In this document: one piece after another, positions 40,567 to 51,216 of the stretch
How the letters are laid out: the number at the start of each line of letters is the position of its first letter
Numbering within the stretch: the first letter of the stretch is position 1
Source: an uncultured Senegalimassilia sp.
GTDB lineage: Bacteria; Actinomycetota; Coriobacteriia; Coriobacteriales; Eggerthellaceae
Direction: 5' to 3'
NCBI RefSeq assembly: GCF_934636665.1
Contig: NZ_CAKUAT010000012.1
Span: 19,470-83,469, forward strand
DNA: 64,000 nucleotides
Translations under genes and position numbers: made by a program
The notes under the pieces: generated by a model
Seen by the model: the letters and a program-made list of their open reading frames with translations, nothing else
Database searches by the model: none
What the model was told of the DNA's origin: nothing

Positions 40567-40883
40567 GACGAGCTCCTTCCGAGGGCGAGACGGGACAACC
40601 TAGGACGCAACAGGGAATGCGCAAATCGGCGGCAAATAGCATGAGCCACCACGCGCAGGGCGTCGCATATAAGGTTGTATGGGAAATCCGGAGCACGGCA
40701 GCTGCCCCGGCAACTCCTATAGGCGCAAGGCCTATCTGCCAGGAGGCGGGTCTCGCGACCCTCGGGTGCTAAAACAGTAGCACGCGCCAAAACAGCGCGC
40801 AAGTGGGAAGCTGGGAAATTTTAGGGGCGCCCGCTGTTCGCGTTCATGCCTGCGTCCGTGCTCGATGCTTGGGCCCGCGTCAT

Positions 40884-41360
40884 GCGACTTCTGGGCGGTT
40901 TTGCAGGCGGTTTTGGCTTGGAAGGGCGCGGGGCATCGGCATTTCCCCAGGTCGGCGATCCCTGTATCGTACCGCACTCGCGGAAAACCGCCCAGAAGCC
41001 CAGACTCATGGCAAAATCAGGGCTCATTTTCTGCAAAACCGTCCAGAAGTCGTGGGGTGCCGACATTGGGCATCGAGCGGTTGCGGTTGAGACCGATCCC
41101 CGGCGCCGATGCGCGCAATGGAAGGGCAGGCCTTGCCGGGGTCTCCGTCTCCGCGCTTTCGTTCGATGGGGCGATTTTGTTTGGTCATGCGTAGTTGGCG
41201 GGCTGATGGCGCGTTGCCGCAAGGCCGTTGTGGTGCTTTCGCTAAGAGCGATTGTGCGGGTGCGGTTCAGCGCCGACATCGTTGACCTGGGGAAACGCTG
41301 CTGCTTTGTGCTCTTTTGGACTCGAGCCGCCTGTAAAACCGCTCAGAAAATGAAGATGGG
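40884..41360. repeat. cluster of inverted/direct copies of the motif caaaaccgcccagaagtcg (40884-40906 reverse; 40983-41000, 41031-41057, 41328-41360 forward) within a 1.3-kb gene-free region
   Basis: Direct reading; related pair at 57116-57137 (reverse) / 57222-57252 (forward). Confidence 0.6.
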
Positions 41361-41940
41361 GCATCGTGAGCGATGTCGCCGCGCTCATCGCCTCATATTA
41401 TTCCCGCCTTCTTCTCGGAGGCCGGCAGGGTCCTCGCGCAAGTTGTTCGTCGTTCCCCTCCGTACTCCGAAAGCGGGGGCAATACAAGACTGCAATCGTT
41501 TAGCGGAATGGGGTAGGCTGGTAGCAGAGGATCGAAGCAGGCCCGCTGCTGCGGTGCCGGTCGGTTCTCGTTATAAATCCCACGTGATGCGTCGTTGGAC
41601 GCGGGGATGGGACGCATATTCGACCGAACGATCACCTGCCCAGTTGAACGCCAAGGTTGTATTGGAGCCGCCCTTCGGGGCTGCAACCTTGCCGATCATG
41701 AACAGGCGAAGCTGCATTGGAGCCGCCCGTAAGGGCTGTAGCTGCGTCTTTTCGAATTCGGGCCGGGATTGATCATCTCGTTCACAGGGGGTTTGCGATA
41801 CCCCTTTCTCGGTCTGCGCAATGATTCGGGGGAATCTTGCGCTGCTCAGCTTGATCTGAACTGCGCCGCGTCGCTCAAACGTGGGGAAATCCTATATCAC
41901 TTGCTGCGTTTTCGCAGTTCTCTTTCCTAAGGAGAATGTC

Positions 41941-42819
41941 ATGGCTATTTCCACCGAGATCGTCGGGAAGACCTTTGGCCCGTTCGTGCGCGACTACACC
42001 TTCAAAGACCTTGAGATTTGCGCGCTTGGCTGCGGCGCCGGCTGGGACGGCCGCGTGGACCTGGAGTACGTCAACGAGGGTGACGCCAAGAACCCGGACC
42101 TGAAGGTTCTGCCTATCTTCGCCGTGCCGCTGACCGTTAACGAGGAGATGACCACCACCCTCGACTACGGCTTCGACTACTCCGGCTCGCTGCACTACGG
42201 CATCGACGTGCATTTCCATGCGCCGTTCAAGATGAACGACCACATCGAGACGTTTGTGACCCAGGAGGCCATCTGGGACCGCGGCGAGGGTCGCGGCTCG
42301 CTGTCCAAGCAGGTCGGCAAGTCGTACTCCGCCGACGGCACCCACTTGTGCACGGTCGACACCTACGACTGCTGCATCTACGACGGCGGTTGGGGCGGCG
42401 AGCAGCCGCCGAGGGACTCCGTGGAGTACCCCGATCGCGAGCCCGATTTCACGTACGAGGAAACCTACGGCTACAACTGGCCGCTGGTGTATCGCCTGAT
42501 GGGCGACTGGCATCAGCAGCACATCGACTGGTCCTACATCGAGCAGACCGGCCTTGAGCGCCCGATCGCCCACGGCGTCAGCAGCGCCGGCGTGGCCATG
42601 CGCCACGTCATCTCCCTGCTGTTCCCGGGCCATCCCGAGGCGATGACGCGCTTCAAGTGCCGCTTCACCTCTCCGGTGCTGCCGGGCGTGCGCCTGCGCA
42701 CCATCGTGTGGAAGACCGCCGAGGGCGAGGCGAAGTTCCGCATGGTCAACGCCGACGCGCCCGACTCCAAGCCGTTCCTGAACCACGGCATCGTCGAGTG
42801 GGACCCCGCTCGCGCCTAG
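41941..42819 (+). CDS. MaoC-like (hotdog-fold) dehydratase family protein
   Basis: Hotdog-type sequence; long antisense ORF 41875..43146 rejected. Confidence 0.6.
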   Translation: MAISTEIVGKTFGPFVRDYTFKDLEICALGCGAGWDGRVDLEYVNEGDAKNPDLKVLPIFAVPLTVNEEMTTTLDYGFDYSGSLHYGIDVHFHAPFKMNDHIETFVTQEAIWDRGEGRGSLSKQVGKSYSADGTHLCTVDTYDCCIYDGGWGGEQPPRDSVEYPDREPDFTYEETYGYNWPLVYRLMGDWHQQHIDWSYIEQTGLERPIAHGVSSAGVAMRHVISLLFPGHPEAMTRFKCRFTSPVLPGVRLRTIVWKTAEGEAKFRMVNADAPDSKPFLNHGIVEWDPARA

Positions 42820-43257
42820 CGGTTTTGCGCCGCAGCCGGGCGGCTGCCGGCTGAGCGGCTGCGAACGAAATATGACTTGCAACGTGTGGCAGGGATGCGT
42901 CCCTGCCACACGTGTTTTTGCCCGACGCGTTGCCGACGCCCTCGCACGCTCGATTCCATGTGCGAGAAGCTTTTGCCGCGAATATGTCTCAGATTGCGAG
43001 TTTTCCGAATGGCGAACGCGGTCGGCTGCGTGCCGCTTTGCGCTTGGCGCAGCGAACGTAGCGTTCGTTACATTTCGCGAGCGAAATCGGCCGGGAAGTG
43101 TCTCTTCGGCCGCCGGTGAATTCGGAAAACTCGCGATTCGTGACACGAAACGCTGAAAACGCTCCTGCTCTTCCTTTTTTCGCGGGGGTTAACTCGGTTG
43201 TACAATGGGCGCGTTCTCGATATCGCTTGATGGAAGTGCGCGCGAAAGGATTTCGCT

Positions 43258-44016
43258 ATGGAAACAGACGACGCCGTGGGCGCCGCTACAGGCAACGCCA
43301 TGGACGCCGCTACAGGCAACGACTTAGGCGCCGTTGCGGATACCACCACGGACAACGCTATGGACCTGAAGCTGGCTATGCGGCAGCGCCATACTGTGCG
43401 CAAGTTCACGTCGGAGCCGCTTTCTGCCGAGCTAATTTCGCAGCTCAATGATCGCGTTTGTACAAACAACGAGCGCTTCGGGTTGGCGATCTCGCTGAAG
43501 GTGGGTGACGAATCGGCGCTGCCCGGCGCGCTCAAGCTGTTCTTCGCCAAAGGCGTGCGCAACTATTTCGTGCTGGCCGGCAGCGACAGGCCGGGGCTGG
43601 ACGAGGACCTCGGTTACGCAAGCGCCGACTTGATGCTTTTTGCGCAGGCGCTCGGGCTGAACACGTGGTGGATCGGCGGCACGTTCAACCGCAAAAACGT
43701 CGAACAGGCTGTGCCGGGGAAGAAGGTTATCGGCATCGTCGCCGTGGGCTTCGGCGTCACGCCGGGCGTTGCGCACAAAAGCAAGACGGCGGCCGAGGTC
43801 AGCTCGTACGAAGGCCCGGAGCCGCAGTGGTTTGCGGATGGCGTGCAGGCGGCGCTTCTTGCCCCGACGGCGCTCAACAAGCAGTGCTTCCGGATCGCCG
43901 GCGCGGGCAACAAGGTTTCCATTACCGAAAACGGCGGCGCGTTCAGCGGCGCGGACATCGGCATCGTGAAGTACCACTTCGAGCTAGGCGCCGGCACCGC
44001 ATTCGAGTGGGCGTAG
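43258..44016 (+). CDS. nitroreductase-family protein (possible start at 43363, MDLKLAMRQRHTVRKF)
   Basis: RQRHTVRKFTSEPL… typical nitroreductase N-terminus; repetitive DAVGAATGNAMDAATGN leader may be non-coding. Confidence 0.7.
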   Translation: METDDAVGAATGNAMDAATGNDLGAVADTTTDNAMDLKLAMRQRHTVRKFTSEPLSAELISQLNDRVCTNNERFGLAISLKVGDESALPGALKLFFAKGVRNYFVLAGSDRPGLDEDLGYASADLMLFAQALGLNTWWIGGTFNRKNVEQAVPGKKVIGIVAVGFGVTPGVAHKSKTAAEVSSYEGPEPQWFADGVQAALLAPTALNKQCFRIAGAGNKVSITENGGAFSGADIGIVKYHFELGAGTAFEWA

Positions 44017-44263
44017 CTTCCTCGCCCCTTCTCTTCCTTATTCCGTGCCTGATTCCTGGCAGTTAGTGCTACGTCCCCAAATGTCTTGGTTGGGGGCGGT
44101 GATTTTTGTGCTCTCGTTTCCCCTGGTCAGGGGATGGTTCGTATATGCGTACCTAGTTGTTTTGGCGGGTTTTGGGGATGATGCAGGGTGGATTGGAAGT
44201 TTGTGCGCGCTGCGTCGGGGGCCTGTCGTCGCTGCGGGGCGCGCTGGCGGGAAGGAGTGCGGA

Positions 44264-47200
44264 ATGGGTGTCGAAAGGCGTAGCCGGGTCGGTGGGTATC
44301 GGCCTGAAATGCCGCTAAAGCGCGCATGTGCGTCGCGTTCGGGCGCGCGTCCGTGGCGGGTGGTTTGGCGTCGCGGGACGGCGGTGGCGTTGTCGTGCAT
44401 TTTGGCGGCGGGTTTGGTGCCCGTTGCCAGTTTTGTGCAGGGCTCGGAAACCGTCGCCGCGGCGCGTGAGAGCTTGCGGGCGAACGCTTCCGGTGCGGCT
44501 GATGGCGGTGCCGGAAACGCCGACGGCGCCGCTAACGGTTTTGCGGCCGACGGCGCGGATGGCGCTGCCGATTCCGCCGATGGCGGGGTGCTCGTCGTGG
44601 GCTCGGAGGTCGTGGCGGGTGGCGAAGGGTCCGCTGCCGTGCAGGGCGCTCAGGGTTCGCAAAACGCGCATGCTGGTGCGGGCGCGGCGTCTTCGGCTGC
44701 CGGTGGTCTCGCCGGCGATGCTGGAGGCGTTAGCGGTTATGCCGTCGGCAACACTGCCGATGCCGCTGACTCCGCTAACGGCCGTGCCGCTGGCGGCACG
44801 GGCAGCGCTGCCGACCCCGTAGTCGACTCCGACTCCGACCCCGACGCCGACGACCCCGGTCCCGCGCCCGACTACGACGGGACCGAGGCCTCCTACGTCT
44901 ACGACGAGTACTACGGCGAATACTTCCTCGCAACCGCCAAGGGCGTCATCGGCGAGAAAGTCGCCGATGACGTCGGCTACGTTGCCGGCGCGGCAACGCC
45001 CGCGCAGGTCTGGCTGACGCTGAACGAGGAAACGAACGAGCTGACCGTGCACCATGTCGACGCCGGCGCGGTCGCGTTCGAGGTCCCGGCGACCGTCGAC
45101 GGCCGTCCCATTACCACCGTCGGCGGCTGCGGATCGTCGAACCTGACCTCGGTCACGTTCCCCGCCGATTCCCGCGTCACGCGCCTAAGCTGGGGCGCGT
45201 TCTCCGGGTCGCAGCTGCAGTCCATCGCGCTGCCCAGCAGCCTGGAGACGCTAAATGAAAGCGTGTTCCAGGACTGCAAAAAGCTGCAAACGGTGGAGTG
45301 GCCGAAGAACAACGACATGCTCAAAACCATTCCCGCCGAGACGTTCGCCGGCTGCTCCATGCTCGATGACGGCGTGGTGGCCAGCATCCCTGCGAGCGTG
45401 GAGACCATCGACTACCGCGCTTTCGCAAGTTGCTCCCCTGACATCTACGTGTCAGGCGAGACGCCCGAGCCGTTCACCGAGGTCAACGTGCCCGGCACCG
45501 TCAAAACCATCGAGCGCTATGCGTTCGATGGCTGCGCCCATGTCCGCTCCATCTCCATCGGCGACGGCGTGCAAACCATCGGTAACCGCGCCTTCGCCAG
45601 CATGCCGCTCATGGCGGGCGCGGAAGTGGTGCTGCCCGCAACCGTGAGCACCGTGGGCCAGGACGCGTTCGACAACACGCAGATCACCTCGAGCGCCTCG
45701 GGCACCGAGTGGAAGCGCAACGCCGTGACGCTGCGCGTACTCAACCCCGACTTCGAGCTGGTCGAATACGAGTACGGCGGTACGCTGGAGATCGACGGCA
45801 AGAAGTACGAGAACCCGTTCTCGCTGGGGCAGAGCATCGTGGCGTTCGCGAAGAACTCGGCGGGCCAGCCGTCGTGGGTCAAGCGCGCTGCCGACGCGGT
45901 GGCGGGCCAGGAAGACGAGCACAACCCGGGCAAGCCCGCCTACACGTTTCAGTGGATGGAGGAATCATCCCAGGTCACGGGTAAGGTTCCCGTGGGAGCG
46001 CAGGTGGCGCTGTTCCAGAACGGCGCCGCCACCACGGCGAAGGTGTCCGCGGACGGTACGTTTACCGTGGAGGCGCTGTCGAACACGCCGGCCACGCTTC
46101 AGGTGAGCTTGGAGGGCTGCTACGACCAGGTGCTCACGCGCGCGGCCGAGGCCATGGCCGGCACCTGGGACGTCGGCGAGCTCAAAACCGAATCGTTCGA
46201 GAAGCTGCCCGTGCAGCGCCTGATGAACGTGAACCTGCGCAAGCAGGTGGGCACCGGCGACGACGGGGCTCCCGCCTGGGAAACCGTGCTCTCCGATAGC
46301 GGCCTGGCCTTCGAGCTGCGCCAAGGCGATCGCGTGCTTCGCGAGGGCGAAGACGCCGACTACGTGCGCCAGGGCCTGAGCGTGCTGCTCTCGCAGGAGG
46401 TGGCGGATGCGGCGAAGGAGCTCACGCTTACCGTGACGCCCGACGATTCGCTGGCGCTCGGTGCGGGCGAGGGCCGGGCCATGCCCGCCGACGGCGCGTT
46501 CGACGTGGATCTGCGCGCGTGGGGCGGCATGAAGGTGACCACGAAGTCGGCCTTCTCCGGAAGCAACGACGTTATGGTGTTCCGCAACGGCGCGTGCGTG
46601 GCCACGGGTCTGTCCGATTCCGCAGGTGAACTGCCGATTTCGCTTGACAGCTTGAAGGCCGGCGAATATACGGTGATCGCCGTGAGCCACACGAGCGTCG
46701 ATCTGCGGGTGCCCACGCTGGCGGCCTTCGACCGCCTGAAGCTTAAGGAAGGCGTGCAGTACGCGCGCGCCGACGTGCAGGTTGAGGACGGCGCGCAGAC
46801 GCAGGTGGCCCTTGACGTGCCCGTGTTCGACGCGTCGGCGTACCTTGCACAGTGCGGCGTTATGAAGCAGAGCGGCGTGGTGGCCGATCGCAGTGCCATC
46901 GTGGCGGGCGTGGAAGCGCAGGTCAGGGTCAGTTTCAACCTTGATCAGGAGCGCGATGCCGTGCTGCAGCTGGAGATGCCCGAGGGCGACTTCTCCGACA
47001 TAACCATCGGCGGGACCATCGGCGACGAATCCAAGCAGCTGCCTTTCACACGCAACGGCGATGTCGTGTCGGTTGACCTGGGTGGTGCGCAGACCGGCGA
47101 CCTGTACGTGCGCTTCGCCGCGCAGCGCGCGGGCGCGTGCACGGTGAACGCGGCGCTTGCGCTCGGCGACGCCGTGCTGCCGCTGGGCGCCGCGGACATG

Positions 47201-50200
47201 AGCGTCTACGACGCCGGCATCGAGCTCCCGTCTTCCCAGGTCACAGCCATTACGGGCAACAAAGCCACGGTGTACGCGGCGCCTGATTCCCGCGTGGAAT
47301 TGGAGGTGGGCGGCAAGCGCTTCGCCGGCACGTGCAACAAGCTGGGTCGCGCTTCGATCGACTACGACGCCCCCGACAACCTGGTGCCGGGCCAGCGCGT
47401 GATGCTGCAGGCCTACCTTTCGGGCGCGCAGCAGCCGGCGGCCACGGCCTACGTCACCTACACGGGCGGCGCGTCCATCGAGCGTTTCGACGTGGTGACA
47501 CGCGGCAAAACGCAGCGGCTCATCGACAACGGCAAGGAAACGGAAGCGTTCGGCTACACGCTGCACCACGAGCGCACCAAGAAGAACGCCTACTGGACGT
47601 TCGCCATCACGCTTGATGCGCATGGTGCCCAGCTCGACGACGAGTTCAACTTGTACGTGGACTGCATCGACGGCCGCACGGTGACCATTCCCATGAAGAA
47701 GCGCGCGACCGACGGCGACCGCGTGCGCTTCGTGGGCGAGTACGTCGACCAGGCGTATCTGGACCTGCTGGCCGAGGACGAGGCGGCGGGCATAACCGGC
47801 GAGGTATGGCTTGGCGACATGAAAGGCCTGTTCATCCCCTCGTCCTACGGCGTGAGCAACTCGCTGCTCTCCGGCATGGCAACGGTGGACGCGAACGTGG
47901 TGGTGAAGAACATCGCGGAGCAAAGCACCCAGAAGGTCGACCAGATCAACGCGGTGCTGGTGGGCGACTTGACCGATCGCGACCAGTACGAGCAGCAGCA
48001 AAGCGACGAGTTCCGCAAAGATCTGCTTGACGCCGTGGCCGACGACCAGGAGCTGGCGGCTAGCCTGGCCGACGTGATGAACGAGCTGGGCGACAGTCAT
48101 GGCTACCTGACGGGCACCGCGGCCGATGAGCGCAACACGTTCTGGTACCAGGTGCTGCACGGCGACGGCGTGCTGGAATCCGACTGGTTCGCCGAGCTGT
48201 TCGGCGCCCAGTACGACGACCCCGAGGTGCAGGAGGGCGTCGACACCCTGCGTGACCTGGTGATCTCTCAGCACAACGACTTCGAGAAGTACCGCAAGGC
48301 CGTGGGCGAGGACCTGGGCGTGGGCGACCTTTCCCAGTATAACGACTGGGACGAGGTGTTCATCGCCTCGCTTGAGAACAACGTCGACGGCATCACCGTG
48401 AGCGACTTCGACGGCGACACTGCCGGCTTCACGGAGACGATCGACCAGGGCGGATACCGCGTGCGCACGCGCATGAGCGACGACGGCACGGGATTCAAGG
48501 CCATCGTCAACCTGCCCAGCGGCGCCGTGAAAACGCTTCAGGCGGACTTCGAGGACGCGGCGAAGAGCAACATAAAGCTGGCCACGATGCTGGATTCGGT
48601 GAACCTGGCCACGGACTTTGACAAGCAATGGGCGAACTTGGCGCTGCAGACCATTAAATCCAAGCCCGTGTTCAAGGCGATGCAGAAGTTCACATCGCCG
48701 ATGGTCAGGGGTCACCTGGCGGCATTTCTGCAGTATCAGGACACGTACCGCATGCCGTGGAAGTGGGCGAAGAACGTGCCGGTGTACTCGGGCGCCATCG
48801 CCTCGATCGGGCTGGGGACCAGCTACATCGGCGCGAAGGACGCGCTGAGCAACGCCGAGGACACCGAGGTGCGCCTGGCCGAGATGCGCGGCGAGGTGGA
48901 GCACATCGAGATGCTGATCCGCTGGTACTCCGGCAAGGGCGACATCGCGAACCTGAAGGAATGCCTCGAGGCGCTGAAAAACGAGCTGTTCTACGCGAAA
49001 CGCCTGGTGTCGCTGCTCGAGCAGCAGCGCGCTAACGAGTACGCCGATGCCGGCATCGGCGTGGTGATGGGCGGCATCGGCGCCGGCGCGACGCTGTTCT
49101 GCCCGCCCGCCGGCGCGATCTTGGTGTCGGGGATGTCCTATGGCTACGACGTGTCGTCGTCGATGGTGAACTCCGACCGCGCGAAGAACCTGTCTTGGGC
49201 GCAGCGCATGTACCAGCGCGCCGTGGCCGAGCGCTTGGAGAAGTGCCAGCCGGTCGAGGAGGAGATCGACCGCCAGCGCGAGAAGCGCCGCAAGGAGCTG
49301 AGCGAGATCGAGGCGCGGCTGGGCATCGACCCCTCAGGCTACGTGTACGAGGCGGTGAAGTCCAACCGGCTTGAGGATGTGACGGCCGAGGTGTGGTACA
49401 GCGCGTCGGCCGACGGCGCGGGCGTGGTGCCGTGGGACGCACAGTCCTACGAGCAGGTCAACCCACAGCCGACCGACGGCGACGGCGTGTTCGGCTGGTA
49501 CACGCCGGTAGGCTTCTACCAGGTGCGATTCACGAAGGCCGGCTACGAGGAGGCGCGCACGGAATGGATGGCCGTGCCCCCGGTTCGCACGGGGCTTGAG
49601 ATCGGGCTGCGCACCACCGAGAAACCGCAGGTGGAAAGCGCGCGGGCGTACACCGATTGCGTGGAGCTGACGTTCTCGCAGTACATGGACGCCTCCGACG
49701 CGTCGCTTGCCGAGCTGGCGGCGACCGGGCTGGGCGAGGGCTGCACGCTCGAGTGGGTCGGTCCCGAGGAGGGCGCCGATGGGCGGCAGGTGGCCAAGGC
49801 GCTGCGCATAAAGCCGGCGAAGGCGCTTGAGGCCGGGTCGACCGTGGAGCTTTCCCTGGCTGGCGCGGTGAACTACGCGGGCATCCCGATGGACGGTTGG
49901 AACAGCGGGCAGCTTGCGGTCGGTGCGCGCGCGGCGGAGCTGAAGCTGAACGTGGAGCAGGGGTATTCCCTGGTCACGGGGCAGTCGTGCGAGGTTTCAG
50001 CATACGTGCGCGACGCCTCCGGGCAGCCGTTGGCCGGGCAGTTGGTTGTCGCGAACGTGGGGAGTTCCGTGGTAGCCGGCCTCGGCGGCGGGCTTGAGAC
50101 GGCGAGTGGGGTGACCGACGCGGAGGGGCAGCTGGCGAATGCCGGCGCGGCGAGCGCGACGGCGGCCGGCCTTGGCGATGGGCTTGGAACGGTAAGCACC

Positions 50201-51106
50201 GCGACCGACGCCAACGGCGTTGCGCGCTTCACCCTGTCGGGAGAGGCGCCGGGTATGACCGACCTGACGGTGACGGTGGCCGACTCGCTGCTGGCCAAGA
50301 CGGTCGACGTGCGCGTGGCTGACGAGCAGACGCGCCCAACCCGCCCAACGGCGCAGCTGGGCGAGGCAAGCTTTGGGGCCGGTTCCCCGAAGGAGAACTT
50401 CGCCACGGTGAAGAAGGGCGCTCAACTGGTGATTTCCGCCGAGGAGGGGACCACGGTGTACTACACCACCGACGACACCTGCCCCTGTGTCGACGGCGGT
50501 TCGCGCACGGAATACACGGGCCCGGTGACGGTGAACGAGAACACCAGGTTCCGCATCGCGGCGTTCAAGGAGGGTTTGGAGAACGAATACTCCGAGCGCC
50601 TGAACATCACCGTGACGGTAACGGAAGGCGATGAGCCGGGAGGCGGCGAGCCGAGTGGCCCGGGCGGCGACGGCCCCGAGGGACCGGGCGGCGGTGAGCC
50701 TGGTGGCGAACCCGGCGGCGGCGAACCGGGTGGCGGCGATGGCCCGCAGGGGCCCGGCGGCGGCGAACCTGGTGGTGAGCAGCCGGGTGGAGAATCCGGT
50801 GGCGGTAGCGGTACCGGCGGAGCCGGTACCGGCGAAGGCGCAGGCGCCGGCACCGATGACGGTACGGGCGCTGGCGTTGGGGCCGACAACAACGGCGTCG
50901 ACGGAGATGCTGCCGGCAACGGCGATCAGCCGGTGCCGGGCAACCCGCAAGGTGATAAGCCCGCAGCAGCAACCAGCGCAGCAACCGGTGACGCAACGCG
51001 CGCAGCCGTGCCCCTCGCACTAGCCGCCGCAGCAGCCGCGGCCATGGCAGCAGCAGCGTTCGCCCACAAGCGCCAACGCACACCCCGCGGCAAACACCGC
51101 AGGTAG
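44264..51106 (+). CDS. giant cell-surface protein (~2280 aa): signal peptide, BspA-type leucine-rich repeats, Ig-like repeats, coiled-coil, Gly/Pro-rich GGEPGG region, hydrophobic C-terminal anchor
   Basis: Start MGVERR… after GGAAGGAG RBS; signal-like WRRGTAVALSCILAAGLVPVASF; LRR units …LSWGAFSGSQLQSIALPSSLETLNESVFQDCKKLQTV…; C-terminal AAAAAAAMAAAAFAHKRQRTPRGKHRR. Confidence 0.8.
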   Translation: MGVERRSRVGGYRPEMPLKRACASRSGARPWRVVWRRGTAVALSCILAAGLVPVASFVQGSETVAAARESLRANASGAADGGAGNADGAANGFAADGADGAADSADGGVLVVGSEVVAGGEGSAAVQGAQGSQNAHAGAGAASSAAGGLAGDAGGVSGYAVGNTADAADSANGRAAGGTGSAADPVVDSDSDPDADDPGPAPDYDGTEASYVYDEYYGEYFLATAKGVIGEKVADDVGYVAGAATPAQVWLTLNEETNELTVHHVDAGAVAFEVPATVDGRPITTVGGCGSSNLTSVTFPADSRVTRLSWGAFSGSQLQSIALPSSLETLNESVFQDCKKLQTVEWPKNNDMLKTIPAETFAGCSMLDDGVVASIPASVETIDYRAFASCSPDIYVSGETPEPFTEVNVPGTVKTIERYAFDGCAHVRSISIGDGVQTIGNRAFASMPLMAGAEVVLPATVSTVGQDAFDNTQITSSASGTEWKRNAVTLRVLNPDFELVEYEYGGTLEIDGKKYENPFSLGQSIVAFAKNSAGQPSWVKRAADAVAGQEDEHNPGKPAYTFQWMEESSQVTGKVPVGAQVALFQNGAATTAKVSADGTFTVEALSNTPATLQVSLEGCYDQVLTRAAEAMAGTWDVGELKTESFEKLPVQRLMNVNLRKQVGTGDDGAPAWETVLSDSGLAFELRQGDRVLREGEDADYVRQGLSVLLSQEVADAAKELTLTVTPDDSLALGAGEGRAMPADGAFDVDLRAWGGMKVTTKSAFSGSNDVMVFRNGACVATGLSDSAGELPISLDSLKAGEYTVIAVSHTSVDLRVPTLAAFDRLKLKEGVQYARADVQVEDGAQTQVALDVPVFDASAYLAQCGVMKQSGVVADRSAIVAGVEAQVRVSFNLDQERDAVLQLEMPEGDFSDITIGGTIGDESKQLPFTRNGDVVSVDLGGAQTGDLYVRFAAQRAGACTVNAALALGDAVLPLGAADMSVYDAGIELPSSQVTAITGNKATVYAAPDSRVELEVGGKRFAGTCNKLGRASIDYDAPDNLVPGQRVMLQAYLSGAQQPAATAYVTYTGGASIERFDVVTRGKTQRLIDNGKETEAFGYTLHHERTKKNAYWTFAITLDAHGAQLDDEFNLYVDCIDGRTVTIPMKKRATDGDRVRFVGEYVDQAYLDLLAEDEAAGITGEVWLGDMKGLFIPSSYGVSNSLLSGMATVDANVVVKNIAEQSTQKVDQINAVLVGDLTDRDQYEQQQSDEFRKDLLDAVADDQELAASLADVMNELGDSHGYLTGTAADERNTFWYQVLHGDGVLESDWFAELFGAQYDDPEVQEGVDTLRDLVISQHNDFEKYRKAVGEDLGVGDLSQYNDWDEVFIASLENNVDGITVSDFDGDTAGFTETIDQGGYRVRTRMSDDGTGFKAIVNLPSGAVKTLQADFEDAAKSNIKLATMLDSVNLATDFDKQWANLALQTIKSKPVFKAMQKFTSPMVRGHLAAFLQYQDTYRMPWKWAKNVPVYSGAIASIGLGTSYIGAKDALSNAEDTEVRLAEMRGEVEHIEMLIRWYSGKGDIANLKECLEALKNELFYAKRLVSLLEQQRANEYADAGIGVVMGGIGAGATLFCPPAGAILVSGMSYGYDVSSSMVNSDRAKNLSWAQRMYQRAVAERLEKCQPVEEEIDRQREKRRKELSEIEARLGIDPSGYVYEAVKSNRLEDVTAEVWYSASADGAGVVPWDAQSYEQVNPQPTDGDGVFGWYTPVGFYQVRFTKAGYEEARTEWMAVPPVRTGLEIGLRTTEKPQVESARAYTDCVELTFSQYMDASDASLAELAATGLGEGCTLEWVGPEEGADGRQVAKALRIKPAKALEAGSTVELSLAGAVNYAGIPMDGWNSGQLAVGARAAELKLNVEQGYSLVTGQSCEVSAYVRDASGQPLAGQLVVANVGSSVVAGLGGGLETASGVTDAEGQLANAGAASATAAGLGDGLGTVSTATDANGVARFTLSGEAPGMTDLTVTVADSLLAKTVDVRVADEQTRPTRPTAQLGEASFGAGSPKENFATVKKGAQLVISAEEGTTVYYTTDDTCPCVDGGSRTEYTGPVTVNENTRFRIAAFKEGLENEYSERLNITVTVTEGDEPGGGEPSGPGGDGPEGPGGGEPGGEPGGGEPGGGDGPQGPGGGEPGGEQPGGESGGGSGTGGAGTGEGAGAGTDDGTGAGVGADNNGVDGDAAGNGDQPVPGNPQGDKPAAATSAATGDATRAAVPLALAAAAAAAMAAAAFAHKRQRTPRGKHRR

Positions 51107-51168
51107 ATAGGGCGTTACAGCATCGAACGAATCGCCGCAGCGATGACAAGCCGCAGCACACGAACAAC

Positions 51169-51195
51169 GGCTGGCCTGCTTTCAGCAAGCCAGCC
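51169..51195. terminator. stem-loop ggctggcc-tgctttcagca-ggccagcc between convergent adhesin and vapC genes (no U-tract)
   Basis: Direct reading. Confidence 0.35.
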
Positions 51196-51216
51196 GTTGG
51201 CAGGAACCTCACCCCC

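Noticed and set aside
41875-43146. 423-aa minus-strand ORF overlapping the MaoC-like gene
   Set aside because: The plus-strand 41941..42819 product has a hotdog-fold-like sequence and a plausible start; the minus product is Gly/Ala/Val/Arg-rich with no start context.
45965-48904. 979-aa ORF antisense to the large adhesin gene (and others: 49997..50950-, 50607..51212-)
   Set aside because: Arg/His/Gly/Ala-rich, lies fully inside a much longer, motif-bearing sense ORF. Typical antisense artefact of high-GC coding DNA.
50600-50900. Highly regular short DNA repeats (ggcggcga[a/g]cc[g/t]gg…) that could superficially resemble a repeat array
   Set aside because: They are in-frame codons for a GGEPGG collagen-like peptide repeat inside the adhesin, with no spacer-repeat architecture. 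No CRISPR array is present.
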